DNA of 64,000 nt from Tagaea sp. (GTDB lineage: Bacteria > Pseudomonadota > Alphaproteobacteria > CACIAM-22H2). Below are positions 19,113 to 27,316 of the stretch, piece by piece. The notes under the pieces were generated by a model. The model saw only the letters and a list, made by a program, of their open reading frames with translations, did not search any database and was not told the origin of the DNA. The first letter of the stretch is position 1, and each line of letters begins with the position of its first letter. The translations under genes were made by a program, and so were the position numbers. The stretch covers positions 183,810-247,809 of the forward strand of contig JBGAKN010000004.1 in the NCBI GenBank assembly GCA_044224405.1, read 5' to 3'.

Positions 19113-20009
19113 ATGCGCATCGATTTCCTGGGCCTCCAGACGTTCCTCAGCATCGCCGAGCGCGGCAGTTTCCAGCGCGCGGCGGCGCACCTGAACCTGT
19201 CGCAGACGGCGCTCAGCCACCGGATGCGGAAATTCGAGGCCGATCTCGGCGTGAAGCTGCTCGCCCGGACCACGCGGCAGGTGACGCTGTCGCCCGCCGG
19301 GCTCGAGCTGCTGCCCAAGGCGCGCCGGATCCTCGACGAGATCGAGACGTCGTTCGAGGCGCTGCGTCAGGGCGGCCGCCACCGGCAGGAGCGGATCGCC
19401 ATCGGCTGCCTGCCCACGATCGCGAACCACTACCTGCCGCGCATCCTGCGGGAATTCGGCGCCCGCTTCCCCGACATGGCGGTGAAGGTCTACGACAACT
19501 CGGCGACCGAGATCGCCGATCTCGTGCAGAGCGGTGCGGCCGAGTTCGGCATCACGATCGTTTCCGCCAACCGGGTCGATCTAGACATCAAGCCGCTGCT
19601 GAAGGAACCCTTCATCCTCGTCTGCCCGGCGTCGCACGTCTTCGCGCGGCAGAAATCGGTCAACTGGTCGGAACTGGAGGGCATCCCGCTCGTCCGCATC
19701 AGCCCGCAGACGGGCAACCGCGCGCTGATCGACGACGCGCTGGGCAGCCGGCGCGACGCGCTGCGCTGGCGCTACGAGGTCCAGCACGTCACCACTGCCG
19801 TCAGCATGGTGATGGCTGGCCTCGGGCTCACCGTCGTGCCGCGGCTCGCCATCGATACTGCCCGCACGCCCGACGTGGCCGCGATCCCGCTGCGCAATCC
19901 GGGCATCGTGCGCACGCTCGGCATCCTCTCGAAGCGCGGCACCTCGCTGTCGGCACCCGCCGAAATCCTCGCCGGCCTGATCTCGGCCCGCCTCAAGGCC
20001 GAGCGGTGA
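19113..20009 (+). CDS. LysR-family transcriptional regulator, divergent from the Liv-type ABC operon and upstream of gallate-cleavage genes (GalR-like)
   Basis: HTH MRIDFLGLQTFLSIAERGSFQRAAAHLNLSQTALSHRMRKFE. ATG at 19113. Confidence 0.8.
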   Translation: MRIDFLGLQTFLSIAERGSFQRAAAHLNLSQTALSHRMRKFEADLGVKLLARTTRQVTLSPAGLELLPKARRILDEIETSFEALRQGGRHRQERIAIGCLPTIANHYLPRILREFGARFPDMAVKVYDNSATEIADLVQSGAAEFGITIVSANRVDLDIKPLLKEPFILVCPASHVFARQKSVNWSELEGIPLVRISPQTGNRALIDDALGSRRDALRWRYEVQHVTTAVSMVMAGLGLTVVPRLAIDTARTPDVAAIPLRNPGIVRTLGILSKRGTSLSAPAEILAGLISARLKAER

Positions 20010-20098
20010 ATCCGATTCAGCAATCGGGCACATCTCCTCATTTGATCTGAGACCGCCTTCGCCCGAACTTGGCGCAAAGAACGCGGGGGAGACGCAAC

Positions 20099-20935
20099 GT
20101 GACCAACACGATCGTGATCGCAATCGTCGGCTACGGCGAAGTCGGCCGGATCTTCGCGAAGGCGTTTCTGGAACACCCGCATGTGCGCGTGCGCGCCTTC
20201 GACATCCTGTTCGACGCATCGCCCGAGCGTGCCGCTGCCGCCGCGGCCGACGGCGCCACCGCGTGCCGAAGCGCCGCGCATGCGGCCGAGGGCGCCGACC
20301 TCGTCGTCTCGGCCGTGACGGCCGACCGCACGCTCGACGTGGCGCGCGAAGCGGCGGGATATCTGCGCAAAGGGCAGATCTTCTTCGATATCAACTCGGC
20401 CTCGCCGGTCACCAAGCGCACGGCAGCGGAACTGGTCGGCCAGACGGGCGCGGACTATGTCGAGGGTGCGGTGATGGCGCCGGTCCTGCCCGTCGGCATC
20501 CGCGTGCCGATCCTCGCGGGTGGCCCTGCGTGCGAGTGCGCGGCGGAAATGCTGAACGCGCTTGGCATGGACGTCACCCCGGCGACGACCGAACCGGGGC
20601 GCGCGTCGGCGATGAAACTCTGCCGCAGCATCATGATCAAGGGCATCGAGGCACTGATCATCGACTGCGCTGAAGCCGCGAAGGCCTGGGACATCGAGAG
20701 CGAGGTCTATGCGAGCCTTTCCGGCACCTTTCCGTCGATCGACTGGCCAAAGCTCGCCGTGACGATGGCCGGGCGCGTGAGCAAGCACGGCATCCGCCGC
20801 GCGGCGGAAATGCGCGAGGCCGCCCAGATGCTCGGCGACATCGGCCGCGATCCGGGCCTATGCCGCGCGATCGCCGACAGCCACGAGCGCCATGCGCGCG
20901 CGGAAACCGCCAAGGCCGTGCAACCCGTTCATTAA
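20099..20935 (+). CDS. NAD(P)-binding oxidoreductase (6-phosphogluconate-dehydrogenase-like N-domain plus DUF1932-like C-domain)
   Basis: Rossmann motif IAIVGYGEVG. GTG start with a GGGGGAG SD. Sits between the LysR gene and the galD-like gene. Confidence 0.5.
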   Translation: MTNTIVIAIVGYGEVGRIFAKAFLEHPHVRVRAFDILFDASPERAAAAAADGATACRSAAHAAEGADLVVSAVTADRTLDVAREAAGYLRKGQIFFDINSASPVTKRTAAELVGQTGADYVEGAVMAPVLPVGIRVPILAGGPACECAAEMLNALGMDVTPATTEPGRASAMKLCRSIMIKGIEALIIDCAEAAKAWDIESEVYASLSGTFPSIDWPKLAVTMAGRVSKHGIRRAAEMREAAQMLGDIGRDPGLCRAIADSHERHARAETAKAVQPVH

Positions 20936-21011
20936 TGTTCCCATATCAATCATTTGTTTCATGGCGCGCCTTCGCCGATTGTCGCGCCAACGCAAGGAAG
21001 CGGGAGGAAAG

Positions 21012-22100
21012 ATGCAGCAGCGCATACGATGCATGATGATGCGCGGCGGCACGTCGAAGGGGATGTACTTCCTCGCCGATGACCTGCCGCGCGACGTCGC
21101 GGCGCGCGACGAAGTCCTGCTTTCCGTGCTCGGCTCGCCCGATCCGCGCCAGATCGACGGCATCGGCGGCGCGCATCCGCTGACCAGCAAGGTCGCGATC
21201 GTCTCGCGCTCGAAGGACGCCGACGCCGACATCGATTTCCTGTTCTGCCAGGTGCTGGTCGACCGCGCGGCGGTCGACACCACGCCCAACTGCGGAAACA
21301 TCCTCGCCGGCGTCGCCCCCTTCGCGATCGAGCGCGGCCTTTTCCCGGCAAGCGATCCCCTCACCCGCGTGCGCGTGCGCACGATCAATACCGGCACGCT
21401 CGCCGAACTCGTGATCGAGACGCCCGGCGGCGAGGTGAATTACGACGGCGACGCTGCCATCGACGGCGTGCCCGGCACGGCGGCCCCCATCGCGGTCAAT
21501 TTCCTCGATGCCGAGGGCTCGGTCTGCGGCAAATTGCTGCCCACCGGCAACGCGGTCGATATGGTGTGCGGGATCGAGGCGACGCTGATCGACAACGGCA
21601 TGCCGGTCGTCGTGCTCGCGGCCGCCAGCGTCGGGCGCACGGGCTACGAGAGCCGCGAGGATCTCGATGCCGACACCGAACTGAAAGCGCGCCTCGAGGA
21701 GATCCGCCTGGAAGCCGGAAAGCTGATGGGCCTCGGCGACGTGCGCGACAAGGTCATCCCGAAGATGGCGCTTGTCGCGCCGCCCGCGGCCGCCGGCAGC
21801 ATCGCCACGCGCAGTTTCATCCCGCACGCCTGTCACGCCTCGATCGGTGTCTTCGCGGCCGTGTCGGTCGCGACGGCCTGCGTGCTGCCCGGCACGCCCG
21901 CCTCGCGCGCGGCGAAGATGCCGGCCGGGCGCTTCCGTACCGTCAAGGTCGAACACCCGACCGGCGAATTCGACGTGCGCCTCGAAGTGGGCGGCACGGG
22001 CGCGGCACCGAAGGTCGAGCGCGCCGGCCTGTTGCGCACCGCGCGCGCTCTGTTCGACGGGTTCGCCTATTTCCGAACGAAACAAACCAGAGCAGCCTGA
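21012..22100 (+). CDS. galD: PrpF/GalD-family isomerase, putative 4-oxalomesaconate tautomerase
   Basis: MQQRIRCMMMRGGTSKGMYFLADDLP matches the PrpF-family N-terminus (xYMRGGTSKGxFF). GGGAGGAAAG SD. 362 aa. Confidence 0.7.
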   Translation: MQQRIRCMMMRGGTSKGMYFLADDLPRDVAARDEVLLSVLGSPDPRQIDGIGGAHPLTSKVAIVSRSKDADADIDFLFCQVLVDRAAVDTTPNCGNILAGVAPFAIERGLFPASDPLTRVRVRTINTGTLAELVIETPGGEVNYDGDAAIDGVPGTAAPIAVNFLDAEGSVCGKLLPTGNAVDMVCGIEATLIDNGMPVVVLAAASVGRTGYESREDLDADTELKARLEEIRLEAGKLMGLGDVRDKVIPKMALVAPPAAAGSIATRSFIPHACHASIGVFAAVSVATACVLPGTPASRAAKMPAGRFRTVKVEHPTGEFDVRLEVGGTGAAPKVERAGLLRTARALFDGFAYFRTKQTRAA

Positions 22101-22111
22101 GGCCCGCCCCC

Positions 22112-22837
22112 ATGACTTCCCCGCAAAAGACCGCCCTCGTCGTTTCGGCCCATCCCGGCGATTTCGTCTGGCGTGCGGCCGGCGCCATCGCCCTGCATGT
22201 CGCCAAGGGCTATCGCGTGAAGATCGTCTGCCTCGCCTATGGCGAGCGCGGCGAGAGCCAGTGGGCGTGGAAAAAGCCGGGCGTGTCGCTGGCCGACGTG
22301 AAGGCGCAGCGCCATGCGGAAGCCGAACAGGCGGCCAAGATGCTGGGCGCGGAGATCGAGTTCTTCGATGCCGGAGACTATCCGCTGCGCGTCACCGACG
22401 CGATGCTCGACCGGCTGGTCGACATCTATCGCGAGGTGAAGCCGTCCTTCGTGCTCACGCACGCGATGGAGGACCCCTACAACGGCGACCATCCGGAAGC
22501 CTCGCGCTTCGCGCAGGAAGCGCGGGTCATCGCGCAGGCCGCCGGCCACAAGCCCGATCCCGAGCGCAGTTACAGCGCGCCCGCGGTCTTCCTGTTCGAG
22601 CCGCACCAGCCCGAGCAGTGCAATTTCCGCCCGAACGTGATCCTCAACATCGATGCCGCCTGGGAGACCAAGCGCAAGACGTTCGAGATCCTCGCCGCCC
22701 AGAAGCATCTCTGGGAATACTACACGCGCGTCGCGCTCAACCGCGGCATGCAGGGCGGACGCAATTCGGGCAAGCCGATGACGTATGGTGAAGCCTACCA
22801 GCGCGTCTTCCCCGCCGTGGTCGAAGAACTGTACTGA
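22112..22837 (+). CDS. galB: PIG-L/LmbE-family zinc hydrolase-fold protein, putative 4-oxalomesaconate hydratase (GalB-like)
   Basis: LVVSAHPGDFVW (the PIG-L H-P-D-D motif region) plus VLTHAMEDPYNGDHPEA. 241 aa. Lies between the galD-like and galA-like genes, matching the P. putida gal organisation where GalB is a PIG-L family hydratase. Confidence 0.65.
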   Translation: MTSPQKTALVVSAHPGDFVWRAAGAIALHVAKGYRVKIVCLAYGERGESQWAWKKPGVSLADVKAQRHAEAEQAAKMLGAEIEFFDAGDYPLRVTDAMLDRLVDIYREVKPSFVLTHAMEDPYNGDHPEASRFAQEARVIAQAAGHKPDPERSYSAPAVFLFEPHQPEQCNFRPNVILNIDAAWETKRKTFEILAAQKHLWEYYTRVALNRGMQGGRNSGKPMTYGEAYQRVFPAVVEELY

Positions 22838-22853
22838 ACGAAGGAACGCCCCC

Positions 22854-24152
22854 ATGGCCCGCATAATCGGCGCGATCGCCGCCTCGCACACCCCGACGAT
22901 CGGCTTCGCCTTCGACAAGAAGAAGCAGGACGACCCAGTCTGGGCGCCGATCTTCGAATCGTTCGCACCCGTGCGCGCGTGGATCGAGGCGAAGAAGCCC
23001 GCAGCACTGGTCTTCATCTTCAACGACCACGTCACGTCGTTCTTCTTTGACCATTATTCGGCCTTCGCGCTCGGCATCGGCGAGCGCTATCCGGTCGCCG
23101 ACGAAGGCGGCGGCCCGCGCGACCTGCCCCCCGTGGACGGCCACACGCGCCTTGCCCAGCATATCGGCGCCTCGCTGGTCGCCGACGAGTTCGACATGTC
23201 GTTCTTCCAGGACCGGCCGCTCGACCATGGCTGCTTCTCGCCGCTGTGCATGATGATGCCGAGCGCGCCCAAATGGCCCGTCCCCATCGTGCCGCTGCAG
23301 GTCGGCGTGCTGCAGTTCCCGATCCCGTCGGCCAAGCGCTGCTTCAATCTCGGCAAGGCGCTGCGCCGCGCGATCGAGAGCTACCCCGAGGATATCGACG
23401 TCGCGATCGTGGCGACCGGCGGCCTTTCCCACCAGGTGCACGGCGAGCGTGCGGGCTTCAACAACACCCCGTGGGACATGAAGTTCCTCGAGATGATCGA
23501 GAAGGACCCCGAAGCCCTCGCCCGCATGACGCATGCCGAATACGCCACGCTCGGCGGGTTCGAGGGCGCGGAAGTCATCATGTGGCTGATCATGCGCGGC
23601 GCGCTCTCCGCGCGCGTGAACAAGGTCCACCAGACCTACTACCTGCCCTCGATGGCCGGCATCGCGACCGCGATCTACGAGAACGCCGGCGAAGCGCCGA
23701 TGGAAGCCGAGATCGCGCGGCACCGCGAACATGTCGGCCGGCAGATGGAAGGTGCGCAAGCGCTGACCGGCACCTACCCCTTCACGCTCGAGCGCAGCGT
23801 CAAGGGCTACCGGATCAACAAGTTCCTCCACGCCCTCGTCGAGCCAGAGGTGCGCGCGGCATTCCTGAAGGACGCGGAAGCGAGCTTCGCCGCGTCCGAC
23901 CTTTCGGACGAGGAGAAGGACCTGATCCGCCGGCGCGACTGGCGCGGCCTCATCCAGTACGGCGCGATCTTCTTCATGCTGGAGAAGCTGGGCGCCGTGG
24001 TGGGCGTGTCGAACCTGCATATCTACGCTGCGATGCGCGGGCAGACGCTGGAGGAATTCCAGAAGACCCGCAACGCGCCCGGCGCGCTCTATTCGGTCGC
24101 GGGAACCGACAAGGGCAAGACCGACTGGAGTGCGCCGGCAGCCCGCACCTGA
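22854..24152 (+). CDS. galA: Gallate dioxygenase-like fused extradiol dioxygenase (LigB catalytic domain plus LigA-like domain)
   Basis: 432 aa. N-terminus MARIIGAIAASHTPTIGFAFD with His-containing LigB motifs. C-terminal LigA-like extension. AAGGAA SD. Confidence 0.75.
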   Translation: MARIIGAIAASHTPTIGFAFDKKKQDDPVWAPIFESFAPVRAWIEAKKPAALVFIFNDHVTSFFFDHYSAFALGIGERYPVADEGGGPRDLPPVDGHTRLAQHIGASLVADEFDMSFFQDRPLDHGCFSPLCMMMPSAPKWPVPIVPLQVGVLQFPIPSAKRCFNLGKALRRAIESYPEDIDVAIVATGGLSHQVHGERAGFNNTPWDMKFLEMIEKDPEALARMTHAEYATLGGFEGAEVIMWLIMRGALSARVNKVHQTYYLPSMAGIATAIYENAGEAPMEAEIARHREHVGRQMEGAQALTGTYPFTLERSVKGYRINKFLHALVEPEVRAAFLKDAEASFAASDLSDEEKDLIRRRDWRGLIQYGAIFFMLEKLGAVVGVSNLHIYAAMRGQTLEEFQKTRNAPGALYSVAGTDKGKTDWSAPAART

Positions 24153-24153
24153 T

Positions 24154-25155
24154 TCAGGCCGTCGCGACGATCACGGTGCGATCGTCGGTGCGCAGGCGTC
24201 CGAGCGAGCCCTTGGGGGCGGGATAGCGCCCGATCTTCTCGGGGTCCTCGCGCTCGACTTCGGCGAACGCGGCTTCCCACGCCGCCAGCGAGACGGCATC
24301 CGGTATCTTGAAATATCCGTCGGTGAAAAGCTCGATCGAACGCAGGCCCGCGCGCGGCCGGTCCTCGCAGGCGATCAGCCCGTCCGGCACGTCGTAGCCA
24401 TCCAGCACGCCGTAGCCGAACGGCGGCCGATCGACATTGGTGAAACGTACCTGTCCGCGCACGACGCCACCGTCGATGATGGCGGCAAGGTCCGCGGCTT
24501 CGGCCTGCGGCACGGCACGCCGCGCCCGCTCGAGCGCCGACACGCGCAACGCGACACGGTCAGCCTCGCCGATCCGCTCGCCCGCCGCCGGCGGCAGCGC
24601 CCCGAGGCCGTTGAAGACGCAGGCCCGCGCGAGCGTCGCGCGCACGGCCGCATCCTCGGCCGCGAACCGGGCATAGACCGCCTGCCGGATCGACGACGTC
24701 ACGCGATCGACCCATGTCTCGTCGACGAGGACATCCCGCCCGTCGATCCGGATCCCGCTGTCGCCGATGCGGATGAAACGAACGGTATCGCCGACAGCAA
24801 TCGCCGCCGCGAGCGTCGCGCCGAAGCGCCGGCTCCGGTCGTTCCGCGTGGCCTCGGCCAGTCCGTAGCGCGCGTATTCGGCGCGCAGCGCGCCGGAGAG
24901 CGCCGTAACCAATTTCCGGGGCTCGGCCGCATGCTCAGCTGGATCTTCGGCGAATGATTTGAGTGCCGCCACGACCGCCCGGCTGGCGATCCGGCCCGAC
25001 GTGACGCCGTCGAAACGCGAGCCTGTCCGGTCGGTTACGCCGTCGATCACGGCGAGGCACCGGCCCGGCACGACAAGCCACGCATCCTCGTTGGCATCCG
25101 GCCGGTCTGGATCGCGGCTTTGCGAGAACGCTTCGATCTTCATTGCGGACGGCAT
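24154..25155 (-). CDS. PP2C/PPM-family protein phosphatase-like protein
   Basis: Motifs DANEDAW, IDGVTD, IRIGDSGIRIDG and C-terminal TDDRTVIVAT match the PPM signature pattern (motifs 1, 2, 8, 11). Convergent with the galA-like gene. Confidence 0.45.
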   Translation of the reverse strand: MPSAMKIEAFSQSRDPDRPDANEDAWLVVPGRCLAVIDGVTDRTGSRFDGVTSGRIASRAVVAALKSFAEDPAEHAAEPRKLVTALSGALRAEYARYGLAEATRNDRSRRFGATLAAAIAVGDTVRFIRIGDSGIRIDGRDVLVDETWVDRVTSSIRQAVYARFAAEDAAVRATLARACVFNGLGALPPAAGERIGEADRVALRVSALERARRAVPQAEAADLAAIIDGGVVRGQVRFTNVDRPPFGYGVLDGYDVPDGLIACEDRPRAGLRSIELFTDGYFKIPDAVSLAAWEAAFAEVEREDPEKIGRYPAPKGSLGRLRTDDRTVIVATA

Positions 25156-25233
25156 CGCGGGAACATTACATTAATATGACAAACCGTTCGAGCGGCACCG
25201 CAACGCCCGGACAGAAACAGGGAGATTCCGGCC

Positions 25234-26223
25234 ATGTCCGAAGCATCCATGAAGACCCTGGCACTCGGCGCCATTCTTTTGCTCGCATTCGCAGCTCCTG
25301 CCGGCGCGCAGCAGCGAGTCAGCGTCTACACCGCCCATACGGCGAACATCGTCGAACGGATGATCCCTGAATTCGAGAAGGCGACCGGCATGAAGGCCGA
25401 CGTCGTCAAGGCCGGATCGGGCGACATCCTCAACCGCGTGCGCGCGGAAGCCGGCAATCCCAAGGCCGACGTGATCTGGAGCGTGGGTGCTGAACTCCTC
25501 GCGGCGAACACGGACCTGATCGTTCCGTACAGGCCCAAGGAATACGACATGATCGCCGACGCGTTCCGCAACGACGCGCCGTGGCTTCCCTACGCCGGCA
25601 TCATGAACGTGTTCGTCGTCAACACGAAGAAGCTGAAGCCCGAGGAATATCCGCGCAGCTGGACCGACCTCGCCCAGCCGCGCTTCAAGAACCTCGTCTC
25701 GTACGCCGATGCGGAAAAATCCGGCTCGGCCTACATGCAGCTCAACACGTTCCTGACGATCTACGGCGACAACGCCGCCGGCTGGGCGAAGTTCAAGCAG
25801 CTCTTCGCCAACATGAACGTGTCGGCGAGCTCCGGCGCGGTGCCGCGTTTCGTCAACGACGGCGAGGCGGTCGTGGGCATCACGCTCGAGGACAACGCCT
25901 ACCTGTTCCTGAAGAACGGCGGGCCAGTCGCGATCGTCTATCCCGAAGACGGCACGTCGGTGATCGCCGACGGCATGGCCGTCGTGAAGGGCGCGCCCAA
26001 CGCCGCGGGTGCGCGCGCCTTCATCGACTGGGCGATGAGCGCACCCGTGCAGGAGATGGTGGTGCAGGAACTCGGCCGCCGGCCGATCCGCAAGGACGGC
26101 AAGCCGCTGGCGGCGCTGAAGGCCATCGAGCAGGTGAAGCTCGTGAACTACGACATCCAGCGCGCGGCCGACAAGCGCAAGGAGTATATCGACAAGTGGC
26201 AGGAGCTGGTGCAGTCGCGCTGA
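25234..26223 (+). CDS. ABC transporter periplasmic substrate-binding protein (Fe3+/AfuA-FbpA-like family)
   Basis: Signal peptide MKTLALGAILLLAFAAPAGAQQ. 329 aa. Followed by a PotA-like ATPase and a fused double permease. Confidence 0.75.
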   Translation: MSEASMKTLALGAILLLAFAAPAGAQQRVSVYTAHTANIVERMIPEFEKATGMKADVVKAGSGDILNRVRAEAGNPKADVIWSVGAELLAANTDLIVPYRPKEYDMIADAFRNDAPWLPYAGIMNVFVVNTKKLKPEEYPRSWTDLAQPRFKNLVSYADAEKSGSAYMQLNTFLTIYGDNAAGWAKFKQLFANMNVSASSGAVPRFVNDGEAVVGITLEDNAYLFLKNGGPVAIVYPEDGTSVIADGMAVVKGAPNAAGARAFIDWAMSAPVQEMVVQELGRRPIRKDGKPLAALKAIEQVKLVNYDIQRAADKRKEYIDKWQELVQSR

Positions 26224-26230
26224 GGCCGGC

Positions 26231-27316
26231 TTGGCACGCGTCGAAATAGAACGGATCGTCAAGACCTACGGCAGCGTGCGGGCGCTCGACGGCGTCGATC
26301 TTTCGATCGACAGCGGCGAGTTCTTCACGCTGCTGGGGCCTTCGGGCTGCGGCAAGACGACCCTGCTGCGCACCGTCGCGGGCTTCAACGCGCACGACAG
26401 CGGACGCATCCTCGTCGACGGCACGCGCATCGACGACATGGCCGCGCACAAGCGCGACATGGGCATGGTCTATCAGGACTATGCGATCTTCCCGCACATG
26501 ACCGTGGCCGAGAATGTCGGCTTCGGTCTTGCCACGCGCAACCGCCCGCAGGCGGAGATCGCCGAGCGCGTGGCGAAGGTGCTCGACCTCGTGCAGCTCG
26601 GCGCGCTTGCCGGACGGCTGCCGCAGGCGCTGTCGGGCGGGCAGCAGCAGCGCGTGGCGCTAGCCCGCGCGATGGTCATCAACCCGCGCATCCTGCTGAT
26701 GGACGAGCCGCTCTCGAACCTCGACGCCAAGCTGCGCATCGAGCTGCGCGAGGATATCCGCGACCTGCAGCGCTCGCTCGGCATCACCACGATCTACGTG
26801 ACGCACGACCAGGAGGAGGCGCTCGTCGTATCCGACCGCATCTGCGTCATGTATCAGGGCCGCGTCCATCAGGTGGCGCCGCCGCCCGTCGTCTATGCCG
26901 CACCGGCGACATTGTTCGTCGCCTCGTTCGTCGGCGCCATGAACCTGTTCGCGGACCTGCCCGTGGGTGCGGGCGGCGAGATCTCGGTTGCCGGATCGGC
27001 ACTGCGCATCCCCGCCCTCGCCGGCCGTCGTACCGTCACGCTCGGCATCCGGCCCGAGGACGTGACGCTCGGTGCCGCACCCGACGCCCGGCCCGCCTTC
27101 CGCATCCGCGCGAACGTGACGCGCGCCAGTTTCGCTGGCCGCGAATTGCTGCTGCGTCTTGCGGCCGCCGACGGAACCGCGCTTGCCGCCAACACTTACC
27201 GCCCCGATCCCGGCGACATGGTCGCCGCCGGCCACGCGACGGAAGCGAGCCTGCCGTTGCACCGCCTGCACGCCTTCGATCCCGAAACGGGCGGGCGCAT
27301 CGGGATCGGTGCATGA
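26231..27316 (+). CDS. ABC transporter ATP-binding protein (PotA/FbpC-like)
   Basis: GPSGCGKTTLLR, LSGGQQQRVALARAM, LLMDEPLSNLDAKLR. TTG start with a GAGG SD. Confidence 0.85.
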   Translation: MARVEIERIVKTYGSVRALDGVDLSIDSGEFFTLLGPSGCGKTTLLRTVAGFNAHDSGRILVDGTRIDDMAAHKRDMGMVYQDYAIFPHMTVAENVGFGLATRNRPQAEIAERVAKVLDLVQLGALAGRLPQALSGGQQQRVALARAMVINPRILLMDEPLSNLDAKLRIELREDIRDLQRSLGITTIYVTHDQEEALVVSDRICVMYQGRVHQVAPPPVVYAAPATLFVASFVGAMNLFADLPVGAGGEISVAGSALRIPALAGRRTVTLGIRPEDVTLGAAPDARPAFRIRANVTRASFAGRELLLRLAAADGTALAANTYRPDPGDMVAAGHATEASLPLHRLHAFDPETGGRIGIGA

